From NCBI GenBank assembly GCA_963675755.2, contig CAXXMD010000003.1:1056001-1120000 (forward strand): a stretch of DNA of 64,000 bases. The letters are read 5' to 3'. Below the pieces are notes generated by a model, which was not told the DNA's origin, did not search any database, and saw nothing but the letters and a program-made list of their open reading frames with translations. Source of the DNA: a bacterium (lineage in GTDB: Bacteria; Zhuqueibacterota; Zhuqueibacteria; Residuimicrobiales; Krinioviventaceae). Shown here piece after piece: positions 40,055 to 50,330 of the stretch (position 1 is its first letter; each line of letters opens with the position of its first letter). A program made the translations under genes and the position numbers.

Positions 40055-40096
40055 GCCGGGTCCTGAATTAAAATAAGAGGACCCGGTATTTTTTTT
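40055..40096 (+). terminator. Intrinsic terminator
   Basis: GCCGGGTCCT/AGGACCCGGT stem followed by a T run. Confidence 0.75.
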
Positions 40097-40146
40097 GAAA
40101 TTTTGTCATCATTCCATTTCCAGACAACTCTATGCAGGAGACCATC

Positions 40147-41316
40147 ATGCAACTGAAAACGTTATTTTGGGGAATTTTGATTTTTCTGTATACCATTCCG
40201 GGATATTCTTCGGACGTTGGCAAAGTTTGGCCTTCTGAAAAAAAGACATGGACAGATCCCGAATATGGATGCGAAATAACCCAATATACACAACATGATA
40301 CCAGGAGTTGGCACCTTTATTTCAATATAGAGTCGTTTATTGACAACGATCATGCAATTATTTTTTCTGAGCGCAGTGGTTCTCTGCAATTGTATAATCT
40401 TGATCTGCAAAGCGGTGAAATGGTACAAATGACTGATGAGCAAGACCTGAGTACCAATATCTGGCACTGGCCCAGTCTAAACACCGCCTGGATAGTTACC
40501 GGTATTGCCATTAAAGCCCTGAATACAAAAACCTATGCGGTAAAAACAGTCAAAAAATTACCCGGTCCCCCACGATCTATGACTATTACCTGCGACGGCA
40601 AATGGATTGTAACCGCTATCGACAAATCCAAATTAAATCCCAAAGCATCACCCATGCAGCTTGGCCCCTATGCTATTATAAAAATCAGTACCGAGACGGG
40701 TGAGACCATTCAAATCTCCCCGGATTATGGTTTTGTAATCGGGCATTTGCAGGCAAACCCAACTGATCCCAAAATTGTTTCCTACTGTTGGCAGCATCTG
40801 TACAAAGACGGAGATTACCCCGGTACCCGCGGTGCTACACCTCTCCGTATCTGGTGGATCAATATTGATGGTACGGACGGCGGACCTGTTGGTCCCCAGG
40901 AATTTGGCATTCACCGTACACATGAATTCTGGTTCCCGGATGGTTCACGTATGGGGTATTCAGCGCGGTACAAGTTTGGTCCCAATAATGGCAAAGAGTT
41001 TCTTGGATCTTGCGCCCCGGATGGCAGCGATGCTTACCTCATGGAAGCTCCAGTCAAATACGCCCACTCGCAAATGTTTAAAGACGGACATCACTGGGTA
41101 GCAGACGTGAATGATGGTATGGTACTAACCTTGTTCACCATTGATGATCGTAAAATTTCAGAGATCAACCCCCTGTTTCGTCACGATTCAAGCTGGGACG
41201 GCCAGCCATCTCATCCACATCCTCATTTCAGTCCGGATGGCAGACTGGTCCTCTTTAGCACAGATAAATCAGGTTCTCCACAGGTATATTCAGTCAAAAT
41301 TGATTTAAACAAATAA
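40147..41316 (+). CDS. Oligogalacturonate lyase-like (PL22) beta-propeller
   Basis: HLYF, GHLQANP, HEFWFPDG and HPHPHFSPDG..VLFSTD motifs; signal peptide. Confidence 0.8.
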   Translation: MQLKTLFWGILIFLYTIPGYSSDVGKVWPSEKKTWTDPEYGCEITQYTQHDTRSWHLYFNIESFIDNDHAIIFSERSGSLQLYNLDLQSGEMVQMTDEQDLSTNIWHWPSLNTAWIVTGIAIKALNTKTYAVKTVKKLPGPPRSMTITCDGKWIVTAIDKSKLNPKASPMQLGPYAIIKISTETGETIQISPDYGFVIGHLQANPTDPKIVSYCWQHLYKDGDYPGTRGATPLRIWWINIDGTDGGPVGPQEFGIHRTHEFWFPDGSRMGYSARYKFGPNNGKEFLGSCAPDGSDAYLMEAPVKYAHSQMFKDGHHWVADVNDGMVLTLFTIDDRKISEINPLFRHDSSWDGQPSHPHPHFSPDGRLVLFSTDKSGSPQVYSVKIDLNK

Positions 41317-41327
41317 GGATATAGGAA

Positions 41328-42857
41328 ATGAAAAGAATCCTTTTTATATCCATAACCCTGCTATGTCATACCCTGCTTTGGGCTGCTAATGGTGTATATG
41401 TCATAACGGATTTTGGCGCCAAAGGTGATGGTACAACCTTGAATACATTGTCCATTCAAAATGCGATTGATGCCTGTGCAAAAACCGGCGGTAAAGTGAT
41501 TGTTCCTCCCGGTAATTATCTTACTGGCGCACTGTTTTTTAAGAGCAATGTCAACCTGGAGATCATGACAGGTGCTGTATTACAAGGCAGCGAAAATTTT
41601 GACCACTATCCCCCGGTTGAAGGTCGTTATGGGGGAATAGAACGGTCAATTCATTCTTCGTTGATTACCGGTCACAATCTGGAAAATATTTCCATAACCG
41701 GCAGGGGTACCCTGAATGGGAACGGAAAAGTGTGGTGGGATGCGCATCAGATCAACAGTGAAATGCGCAAAAAAGCGGGTATTACCGAGCGTGAACCGGA
41801 AAACCCACCGGGTTCGCCATTAAAGTGGGCAAGACCCCGAATGATCAACCTCTATAACTGTAAAAATGTATTAATACGTGATATTACAATGCTCGATTCA
41901 CCATCATGGACGGTGCATCCTGTTTATTGCGAGAATGTTACTATAGAAAATATATCCATCATCCAACCCTACGAATCACCCAATACAGACGGCATCAATC
42001 CGGAATCTTGTAACAATGTTCGTATCTTCAACTGTTTTGTGGACTGTGGAGACGATTGTATCACCATTAAATCCGGTTATAACGAGGATGGTCGACGGGT
42101 CAATATTCCCTGCGAAAACATTGTAATTGCAAATTGCACGTTCAAACATGGCCGCAGTGCCATAGGTATTGGCAGCGAAACCTCCGGTGGTGTACGCAAT
42201 GTAACCATCAGCAATTGCGTATTCAAAGACACCTATCGGGGATTACGGGTAAAATCCGCCAGAGGTCGCGGCAATGTAGTGGAAAACATCCGCGCCAGTA
42301 ATATCATCATGGAAAACGTAGGCACCGGTATTTCATTGGACATGTTTTATGGCAGCAAAGACGAGATTGCACTGCCTGTAGATGAGACGACTCCCCATTT
42401 TCGCAACATTCGTTACAGCCACATTACAGGCACCAATATCAAAAAAGCCGGAGAGATCTGGGGCCTGCCCGAAGCCCCCATGTATGGCGTGGTATTTTCC
42501 GATGTGTATCTGGATGCGGAAACCGGTCTTGAAACCAGCTTTACCGACAACCTGACCTTGCGGGATGTAGAAATCAATGTCAAAAAAGGTCCTGCCTTGA
42601 CGGTAAAAGCATCTACCGACCTTGAACTGGACAATGTTACCAGTCGGAAGCCTTTATTTGCAATACCGGTCATGGTATTGGACAGGACCGACACTGCTCT
42701 GATCAGAGATTGCAGAGCAGCAAAAGACACAGATATTTTTATGGAAATTTCTGACAGCAGTACAAAAAATATAACCTTGCTTAATAATCATTTAAAATAC
42801 AGCAAAATACCTATAAAATTTAGCAACAATGCAAATAAAACAGCGGTAACTCAATAA
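41328..42857 (+). CDS. GH28 polygalacturonase-like
   Basis: FGAKGDG, NTDG, GDD.I.IKSG, IGSE and RVKS motifs. Confidence 0.92.
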   Translation: MKRILFISITLLCHTLLWAANGVYVITDFGAKGDGTTLNTLSIQNAIDACAKTGGKVIVPPGNYLTGALFFKSNVNLEIMTGAVLQGSENFDHYPPVEGRYGGIERSIHSSLITGHNLENISITGRGTLNGNGKVWWDAHQINSEMRKKAGITEREPENPPGSPLKWARPRMINLYNCKNVLIRDITMLDSPSWTVHPVYCENVTIENISIIQPYESPNTDGINPESCNNVRIFNCFVDCGDDCITIKSGYNEDGRRVNIPCENIVIANCTFKHGRSAIGIGSETSGGVRNVTISNCVFKDTYRGLRVKSARGRGNVVENIRASNIIMENVGTGISLDMFYGSKDEIALPVDETTPHFRNIRYSHITGTNIKKAGEIWGLPEAPMYGVVFSDVYLDAETGLETSFTDNLTLRDVEINVKKGPALTVKASTDLELDNVTSRKPLFAIPVMVLDRTDTALIRDCRAAKDTDIFMEISDSSTKNITLLNNHLKYSKIPIKFSNNANKTAVTQ

Positions 42858-42870
42858 CCAAGAGAATTAC

Positions 42871-43524
42871 ATGACAAAACCAATTTTTACCCTGCTTTTT
42901 ACACTGACTTTGTTCTCCTGTGCTTCACAGTTGCCTCAAATTGCACCGGAAGATTTTTATAAACCGGGTGAAAAAGTCTCTCTGTTTAATGGAGAAAAAC
43001 TGGGCTATTGGAAGATCAGTGACTTTTTATATAACGGAGATATTTATGTTCAGGACAGTTCCATCGTCCTTGAAATGGGTGGTTATCTCTCCGGAGTCAC
43101 CTGGTACGGACCTCTCATCCGGCAAAATTATGAAATAGAGCTGGATGCCGTAAGACTTGATGGTAGTGATTTCTTTTTAGGACTCACATTTCCCTATAAT
43201 GAATCCCATTGCAGCCTGATTCTGGGTGGATGGGGTGGATACACATTGGGACTTTCCAGTATTAATGGAGAAGATGCCGCCGAGAACGAAACCACAAATG
43301 CTTTTATGTTTGAAAATAAAAAATGGTATCACATCCGTTTGCGTGTTACTGAAAATAATATTCAAGCCTGGCTGGATGATAAGGAAATTGTAGATACGGA
43401 AACTACAGGCAAAGCAATTGGCATACGGGATGAAGTTAAAGATTCATGTCCTTTGGGGCTTGCTTCATTCTGGACAAAAGCCGCTTTTAAAAATATTACA
43501 CTCAAACCATTACAGGAATTTTAA
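42871..43524 (+). CDS. DUF1080-like lipoprotein (divergent)
   Basis: Lipobox LFSC; SLFNG, DFF.GLTFP, LGGWGG, WYHIRLRV and FKNI motifs. Confidence 0.75.
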   Translation: MTKPIFTLLFTLTLFSCASQLPQIAPEDFYKPGEKVSLFNGEKLGYWKISDFLYNGDIYVQDSSIVLEMGGYLSGVTWYGPLIRQNYEIELDAVRLDGSDFFLGLTFPYNESHCSLILGGWGGYTLGLSSINGEDAAENETTNAFMFENKKWYHIRLRVTENNIQAWLDDKEIVDTETTGKAIGIRDEVKDSCPLGLASFWTKAAFKNITLKPLQEF

Positions 43525-43525
43525 T

Positions 43526-44557
43526 ATGCAGTTAAGAAAATGTGGAAACACCGATCTTGAACTCTCTGCCCTGGGAATTGGATGCTGGTCATTCGGCGGT
43601 GGAGATTACTGGGGCCAGCAGGACCAGAACGATGTTTACGCTGTTGTACACAACGCAATTGATAACGGCATCAACTATTTTGATACGGCAGAAGGATACA
43701 ACGATGGACGCAGCGAAGTTTCACTGGGCCACGCTCTAAGGGATGTTGCCAGAGACAAATACATTATTGGTACCAAAGTCTGGCCACAAAACAGCCATCC
43801 CGATATGCTTACCGAACATTTTGAAAATTCATTAACTCGTTTAAACATGGATTATGTGGACATTTACATGATCCATTGGCCCCTGAATGAAAAGACTGTA
43901 GGGCATTTAGACAAACAGCCCAATTATGATGACGTGCTGGCTGTTCTGCTCAAACTACAGGAAGAAGGCAAGATCCGCCATATTGGGCTCAGCAATCATG
44001 GCATTCCTTATATGAAAAAGGTTAATGACATGAATATCAAATACGCGGTAAACCAGTTACCCTACAACCTGTTCTCTCGTGCCATTGAATATGATACCGC
44101 ACAATTCTGTCAGGATAATGGAGTGGGCATTATTACTTATAATACGCTCATGCAGGGTCTGCTCTCGGGAAAATTCAAATCCATTCAGGATGTTCCTCCA
44201 ATCCGTACCCGCACCCGTCACTTTGACAGCCGCAAGAATGAACTGAGTCGTCATGGTGAAAATGGTTTTGACGATGAAATAGAGACCGCATTGCAAAACC
44301 TGTTTAAACTGGCAGATGCCAGCAATTCATCTCTGCTTTCATTATCATTACAATGGGCTATTCACAACCCTGCTGTTACAAGCGCACTCATTGGCGCTCG
44401 TAACGCGGAACAAATGCAAAGCAATGTAGATGCTCTAAAACCACCCATATTTGAGGATGTTATAGAAGAGATTGAATCCATCACCGCACCATTAAAAGAA
44501 AAAATGGGTACCGGATTCGACTATTATGAAAATCTGAATTATGACCGCACCATTTAA
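43526..44557 (+). CDS. Aldo/keto reductase
   Basis: GIGCWSFGG, FDTAEGY..G.SE, DYVDIYMIHWP, GKIRHIGLSN and NQLPYNL motifs. Confidence 0.93.
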   Translation: MQLRKCGNTDLELSALGIGCWSFGGGDYWGQQDQNDVYAVVHNAIDNGINYFDTAEGYNDGRSEVSLGHALRDVARDKYIIGTKVWPQNSHPDMLTEHFENSLTRLNMDYVDIYMIHWPLNEKTVGHLDKQPNYDDVLAVLLKLQEEGKIRHIGLSNHGIPYMKKVNDMNIKYAVNQLPYNLFSRAIEYDTAQFCQDNGVGIITYNTLMQGLLSGKFKSIQDVPPIRTRTRHFDSRKNELSRHGENGFDDEIETALQNLFKLADASNSSLLSLSLQWAIHNPAVTSALIGARNAEQMQSNVDALKPPIFEDVIEEIESITAPLKEKMGTGFDYYENLNYDRTI

Positions 44558-44577
44558 AATCTGAAAAAGGAGCCAAA

Positions 44578-45897
44578 ATGCTGACCCTGGTTTTTCTTGT
44601 TCTCATTATGGTCTTTATTGTTTTGTCTACTACAAAATTAAGTCTTCACCCCTTTTTATCATTGCTGATAGCGGCAATTGCGATGGGTTTCCTTTCCGGA
44701 TTGAGCACCACCGAGATTATGGACACACTCACCGCCGGATTCGGAGGCACGCTGAAAAGCATTGGCATTGTTATCGCATTCGGCACCATCATTGGAACGT
44801 TTTTGGAAAAGAGCGGCAGCGCGCAAAAGCTGGCATCCTCCATCCTTTCCATTACCGGTGATAAACGCTCGCCATTGGCAATGAGCATTACCGGATTTGT
44901 AGTCTCTATTCCGGTGTTTTGCGATTCGGGATTTGTCATTCTCTCTACACTCAACCGAGCCATCAGCAAACGAACGGGTATATCGCTGGCAGTACTGGCG
45001 GTTGCGCTGGGCACAGGTCTCTATACCACACATGTATTTGTTCCGCCAACTCCGGGTCCATTGGCGGCTGCGGCAACCCTTGGTGCGGATGTAGGTCTGG
45101 TATTAATTTTGGGATTAATTGTATCCATCCCCACGGCAGCCGCGGGTTTGCTATGGGCGTTATTATACGCAAAACGATTTACCATCGTTCCGCAGGATTC
45201 CGACGCTCCGGTTATGGATGAAAACAAAATGCCGGGGCTTATTCCTTCACTGGCACCGCTACTGGTACCCATCATTTTGATCGCTTTACGATCAGTTGCC
45301 TCTTATCCGGGTTCACCCATAACTGGTGGACTGCAATCCCTGCTCATCTTTACAGGACACCCGGTTATTGCACTGTTGTTGGGTGTGTTTCTGGCATTCA
45401 TCTTAAAAAGAAATAATCCTGATGGCAAGCTCTTCGATTGGGTGGGTGACGGACTCAAAAGCGCAGGAACCATTATTCTCATTACCGGTGCTGGAGGTGC
45501 GTTTGGAGCCATTCTTCGAGCTACCAATATTGGAGACACACTGGGAACGACTTTGACACAATGGAACATTGGCATTCTGCTGCCATTTGTGATTGCGGCA
45601 GTATTGAAAACCGCACAGGGGTCATCAACTGTTGCCATTATTACCACTGCGGCTCTAATCTCTCCCATGCTGGGCGCGTTGGGACTGACTGCCGCCGCGG
45701 GCAAAGCCCTGGCAGTGCTGGCTATAGGTGCCGGTGCAATGACCGTATCTCATGCAAACGACAGCTATTTCTGGGTAGTCTCCCAATTTTCGGATATGGA
45801 CACCTCTACTGCCCTGCGCGCGCATACGCTGGCTACACTGGCGCAGGGGTGTGTTGGCATTGCTGTTATTTCACTTTTGACTCTGTTTCTGGTTTAA
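44578..45897 (+). CDS. GntP-family sugar-acid permease
   Basis: HPFLSL, PVFCDSGF, VPPTPGP, KTAQGSSTVA and SHANDSYFW motifs. Confidence 0.92.
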   Translation: MLTLVFLVLIMVFIVLSTTKLSLHPFLSLLIAAIAMGFLSGLSTTEIMDTLTAGFGGTLKSIGIVIAFGTIIGTFLEKSGSAQKLASSILSITGDKRSPLAMSITGFVVSIPVFCDSGFVILSTLNRAISKRTGISLAVLAVALGTGLYTTHVFVPPTPGPLAAAATLGADVGLVLILGLIVSIPTAAAGLLWALLYAKRFTIVPQDSDAPVMDENKMPGLIPSLAPLLVPIILIALRSVASYPGSPITGGLQSLLIFTGHPVIALLLGVFLAFILKRNNPDGKLFDWVGDGLKSAGTIILITGAGGAFGAILRATNIGDTLGTTLTQWNIGILLPFVIAAVLKTAQGSSTVAIITTAALISPMLGALGLTAAAGKALAVLAIGAGAMTVSHANDSYFWVVSQFSDMDTSTALRAHTLATLAQGCVGIAVISLLTLFLV

Positions 45898-45939
45898 ACT
45901 TTTGGATATTATATTTAATTATTGAATAAAGGAAGTATT

Positions 45940-47349
45940 ATGTTGAAAAAATTGTCACTTCTTATACTACCACTCTTGATCATACTGGCCTGTTCTCCTC
46001 AAAACGCAAAACAGGGCCAGGTTACCGGATGGGACCGGGTGGACTGGATTCTCGATCAGATCCATGAACCTGTGTTCCCTGACCAGTCCTGGAACATTAC
46101 CGACTTTGGCGCCGTTGCAGACGGCAATACCGATTGCAAAGCGGCATTCGACAAGGCCATTGCCACGTGTAATCTTGAAAGCGGCGGTACCATTATTGTT
46201 CCTGCAGGCACCTACCGCATAAACGGCCCGTTACATTTGAAAAGCAATGTTCATCTGTATCTTGAAGAAGGGTCCAAACTCGAATTCAGCGGAGAGCCCA
46301 AAGATTTCCTTCCCGTTGTACTGACCCGTTGGGAAGGTGTAGAAGTGTACAACTATTCTCCCATCATTTATGCCTATCAGGCCAGCAATATAGCTATTAC
46401 CGGCAAGGGCACAATTGACGGTAATGCCAAGGTTGCTTTTGCAGATTGGAAGCGCAAACAAAAAACAGACCAGCTAACCCTGCGTCAATTGGGCAACGAT
46501 CTGGTCCCCGTGAATGAGCGTATATTTGGTGAGGGTCATTTTCTACGCCCCAGCTTAATACAGCCTTTTGGTTGTAATAATGTTCTAATCGATGGTGTGA
46601 CCATTAAAGATTCTCCATTCTGGATCATTCACCCGGTTTATTGCGAGAATGTGATTGTGCGGAATGTAACGGTAGACAGCTGGAACACCAACAATGACGG
46701 CTGTGATCCTGATGGCAGCCGCAATGTGTTGATTGAAAATTGCATATTTAAAACCGGTGATGACGGTGTTGCCATCAAAGCCGGTCGCGATCAGGATGCC
46801 TGGCGTGTTGGGCGCCCAACTGAAAACGTGGTCATTCGCAATTGCACCATCCTGTCCGAATGTAACGGTTTGTGTATTGGCAGTGAAATGTCTGCCAGTG
46901 TACGCCATGTCTATATGGAAAACTGTACTGTAGATACTGCCTTGTCTACTGTTTATTTCAAAGGCAACCTTGACCGCGGCGGCAGGATCGAGGATGTATA
47001 TGTCCGTAATGTCAAGGTCAATCGGGCCATTGGTGCCTGCATCCGTTTTGAACCCAATTACCAGGGACATCGCGGTAACCATTATCCCCCTCTGTTCCGT
47101 AATTTTGTTATAGAAAATATTACCTGCGGAATTGCGGACAATTATGGAATTTTTGCTCAGGGTCATCCCGAATCGCAATTACAGAACATTCTATTCAAAG
47201 ATATAACCATCAACAAGGCCCGCCAGGCCTATTATTTAAAAATGGCCAAAAACATCCGCATGGATAATGTTGTAATCAATGGTGAAACGCTTCCCGGGAT
47301 TCCTGCAGAGTCACCGGATAATCTGCAAAAACTGGATATGGGCTGGTAA
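45940..47349 (+). CDS. GH28 glycoside hydrolase, lipoprotein
   Basis: Lipobox ILAC; FGAVADG, NNDGCDP, GDDGVAIKAG and IGSE motifs. Confidence 0.92.
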   Translation: MLKKLSLLILPLLIILACSPQNAKQGQVTGWDRVDWILDQIHEPVFPDQSWNITDFGAVADGNTDCKAAFDKAIATCNLESGGTIIVPAGTYRINGPLHLKSNVHLYLEEGSKLEFSGEPKDFLPVVLTRWEGVEVYNYSPIIYAYQASNIAITGKGTIDGNAKVAFADWKRKQKTDQLTLRQLGNDLVPVNERIFGEGHFLRPSLIQPFGCNNVLIDGVTIKDSPFWIIHPVYCENVIVRNVTVDSWNTNNDGCDPDGSRNVLIENCIFKTGDDGVAIKAGRDQDAWRVGRPTENVVIRNCTILSECNGLCIGSEMSASVRHVYMENCTVDTALSTVYFKGNLDRGGRIEDVYVRNVKVNRAIGACIRFEPNYQGHRGNHYPPLFRNFVIENITCGIADNYGIFAQGHPESQLQNILFKDITINKARQAYYLKMAKNIRMDNVVINGETLPGIPAESPDNLQKLDMGW

Positions 47350-47363
47350 AGAAAAGAGGCAAC

Positions 47364-47768
47364 ATGGAATGGCAATATCAGGATTACACAATTGATGATG
47401 ACAATCTCAAAACCAACATCGATTCTGTTTATCATCTGCTGCTCAATACCTATTGGGCGCATAACCGTACTTTTGATGGCGTAAAGCAGTCTATTCTCAA
47501 TTCGATGTGTTTCAACATTCATCAACATGGCGAACAGGTGGGGTTTGCCCGTGTGGTTACAGATTACACCTATTTTGCCTGGATCGCTGATGTGATCATT
47601 GCCATTCCGCACCGGGGCAAGGGATTGGGAAAATTCCTTATGCATTGCATAACCGAACACCCACAAATCCCCAATCGCATGCAGGTGCTGCGTACCAAAG
47701 ACGCGCACGGCTTGTATGAAAAATATGGATTTTTAAATTCCGAATTCATGTGCAAAGAAAATAAATAG
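47364..47768 (+). CDS. GNAT N-acetyltransferase
   Basis: QVGFARVVTD, HRGKGLGK and DAHGLYEKYGF motifs. Confidence 0.92.
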   Translation: MEWQYQDYTIDDDNLKTNIDSVYHLLLNTYWAHNRTFDGVKQSILNSMCFNIHQHGEQVGFARVVTDYTYFAWIADVIIAIPHRGKGLGKFLMHCITEHPQIPNRMQVLRTKDAHGLYEKYGFLNSEFMCKENK

Positions 47769-47848
47769 ATGTAGTGTGCACTGATCGTGAAGCATATACC
47801 TGCATCACGGAATAAATTGATATTCAATTATAAAACATATCATAGTAT

Positions 47849-48500
47849 AACCACAGAGACACAATGGACACAGAGGAAAAAATTTCGTTAAATAGGGGCC
47901 ATCTTTTCTCTGTGCTCTCGGTGCCTCTGTGGTTAATTATCAAAACAATCACAATGTAACTGTTAGTATCAAAAAAGATTCCAAGAACAGATATACATTA
48001 CATTTTCAGATCGGCACAGAAATATCTCCTGATCAGTAAAATAACAATTTCAACATGACTGCTTTTTCTTTATCCGTGTCCATCCGTGTGGATCTGTGGG
48101 CAAATTGTTTTTATTCTTTTCCCACGGATCTGCACAGATTTTCACAGATAAAAAATTAATCATAAATTCAATTTAAAAAACTTACCACAGAGACACAAAG
48201 GACACAGAGGAAAAAATTTCGTTAAATAGGGGCCATCTTTTCTCTGTGCTCTCGGTGCCTGAGTGGTTAATTATCATTCCAATCATAATGTAACTGTTAG
48301 TATCAAAAAAGATTCCAAGAACAAATATACAGTAACATTTTCAGATCGGCACAGAAATATCTCCAGATCAGTAAAATAACAAGTTCCACCCGACTGCTTT
48401 TTCTTTATCCGTGTCCATCCGTGTCGATCTGTGGGCAAATTGTTTTTATTCTTTTCCCACGGATCTGCACAGATTTACACGGATGAAAACCTAATCATAA
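47849..48500. repeat. Tandem duplication of a ~335-bp non-coding unit, each copy with two long palindromes
   Basis: Unit 1 from 47850 and unit 2 from 48184 are near-identical; hairpin A ACCACAGAG..CACAGAG/CTCTGTG..GTGGT; hairpin B 3x ATCYGTG / 3x CACRGAT. Confidence 0.95.
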
Positions 48501-48624
48501 TATAGAAACATTCCTCCCGAAATACAACATCAGTTAATATACTTTCCAAACCATAACTCAACCGATAAAACATTCTATCTTTTACAGCAATCCCTCAATC
48601 CATTTCGACAAACACAAAAACATA

Positions 48625-48672
48625 TTGACATTTTTATACAAATATCCTATATTTACTTTGATAGTTATCAAA
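48625..48672 (+). promoter_or_regulatory. Sigma70 promoter and palindromic operator (probable ArsR autoregulation)
   Basis: TTGACA-17 bp-TATATT at 48625-48653, then TTTGATA-GT-TATCAAA at 48657-48672. Confidence 0.7.
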
Positions 48673-48690
48673 ACAAAAACAGGATGCATC

Positions 48691-49707
48691 ATGGAATTAA
48701 AAGAAACCATAAAAATATTAAAGGCCCTGGCAGACGAGTCCCGCCTGCTCATTGCCAATGCGTTGCTTGAAAAGCCCTGCTATGTGGAAGAGTTGTCGCA
48801 GCGGCTCAATCTTTCCATGTCTACGGTCTCTTTTCATCTCAAAAAACTAGAACAGGCCAATCTTGTCTATAAAGAAAAACAGCAGTATTATGTCATGTAT
48901 TATGCTGCCAAACCCATGTTTTTCATTACGCTCGAGAGTCTGATCGGGTTTAAAAATCCGCAAAAACAAAAAGAAGAAGAGCGCATGGACAGCTACATTC
49001 AAAAGGTCATTGCCACCTTTTTTGAAAACGGACGTTTGGTCAAACTTCCCACCCAGCACAAAAAGCGCATCATTGTGCTGGAAGTGATTGCATCCACATT
49101 TGACAAAAGTCACGACTATCAGGAAGCACAGGTCAACGAGCTCATCACATTCATTTATGACGACTATTGCACCATCCGCAGGCTGCTGGTGGATGAAGGA
49201 TTCATGGTCAGAGCAGGTGACCGCTACCGCCTGGTTAAAACCGAGCTCGAAGACGACGAGATCAGGGATGATGCTTTAACCCTGCAAGATATAACTCAAC
49301 ATGTAAAAACAGAAAATGGACATACAATGAAAGACACAAAAAAAGAACTCAAGAGACAATATCTGGACAATCCCCCGCCAATGGGTGTGTTCCAGATCCG
49401 AAACACCAAAAACAACAAGGTGTTTATAGGCTGCAGCGAAAACCTGCCGGGTATGCTGAACCGCTACCGCTTTCAGCTCAAAGTGGGAAGCCATCGCAAC
49501 AAGGACCTGCAAAGCGACTGGAACGAATTCGGGCAGGATTCCTTTGTATTCGAGATATTGGATGTGCTGGAACCCAAAAACGATCCGGACTGGAATTCAG
49601 AAAAAGACCTGCTGGAGTTAAAAGAACTGTGGCTTGAAAAACTGAATCCCTATGACGAATTTGGATACAATAAACACACCAATCTGCAAAACAAAAAGTA
49701 CCTGTAA
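48691..49707 (+). CDS. ArsR HTH + DUF2087 + GIY-YIG-like domain fusion
   Basis: LKALADESRL..STVSFHLKKL; FFENGRLVKLP..KKR..DDYCTIRRLLVD; MGVFQIRN..NKVFIG..HRNKDLQSDWNEFG..FVFEILD. Confidence 0.85.
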   Translation: MELKETIKILKALADESRLLIANALLEKPCYVEELSQRLNLSMSTVSFHLKKLEQANLVYKEKQQYYVMYYAAKPMFFITLESLIGFKNPQKQKEEERMDSYIQKVIATFFENGRLVKLPTQHKKRIIVLEVIASTFDKSHDYQEAQVNELITFIYDDYCTIRRLLVDEGFMVRAGDRYRLVKTELEDDEIRDDALTLQDITQHVKTENGHTMKDTKKELKRQYLDNPPPMGVFQIRNTKNNKVFIGCSENLPGMLNRYRFQLKVGSHRNKDLQSDWNEFGQDSFVFEILDVLEPKNDPDWNSEKDLLELKELWLEKLNPYDEFGYNKHTNLQNKKYL

Positions 49708-50261
49708 TGAAACAAACTGTCATCATAGAAACCAAACGGCTGCTTATGCGGCCGTTTCGGTTAAAAGATATAAACGACATTTTAGAATATCGCGGTGATC
49801 CCAAAGTTGCGCGTTATCAGCTATGGGAACCCTTCTCTGCCGACAATACCCGCTTTTTTATCCGTAAATATCAATATGCGCAATTCGGCACACCGGGACG
49901 CTGGACGGGCCTGGGCCTTCAACTCAAATCCACCTCTAAACTGATTGGCGATGTTGCACTCAAAATCTCTCAGGACATTTACCCCCAGGCGGAAATCGGT
50001 TATAATGTGAATCAGCAATTTCAACGTAAAGGATTTGGCAGCGAAGGCGTTACAGCCGTACTGGATTGGGTATTTACAAACACATTGGTCCACCGAATAA
50101 CAGCCGTTTGTGACAGCGACAATACAGCATCTGCCGCACTGCTCGAAAAACTGGGATTCAGACGCGAAGGCCATTTTCATGAAAACGTCTGGTCCAAAGG
50201 CCGCTGGACAGATGAGTATTTGTACGCGTTGTTAAAGACGGAATGGGAAACCTCAAAATAA
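49707..50261 (+). CDS. RimJ/RimL-type GNAT acetyltransferase
   Basis: IETKRLLMRPF, AEIGY, QRKGFGSE, NTASAALLEKLGFRREG motifs. Confidence 0.92.
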   Translation: MKQTVIIETKRLLMRPFRLKDINDILEYRGDPKVARYQLWEPFSADNTRFFIRKYQYAQFGTPGRWTGLGLQLKSTSKLIGDVALKISQDIYPQAEIGYNVNQQFQRKGFGSEGVTAVLDWVFTNTLVHRITAVCDSDNTASAALLEKLGFRREGHFHENVWSKGRWTDEYLYALLKTEWETSK

Positions 50262-50330
50262 TTATCAATCCTGGAATGATATTAAACGTGCTTTCTGTTA
50301 TAATTTGATAAACCAACAACCGGAGGCAGC

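Noticed and set aside
47849-48500. CRISPR array
   Set aside because: Only two ~335-bp units, with the intervening sequence also duplicated; no unique spacers and no cas genes
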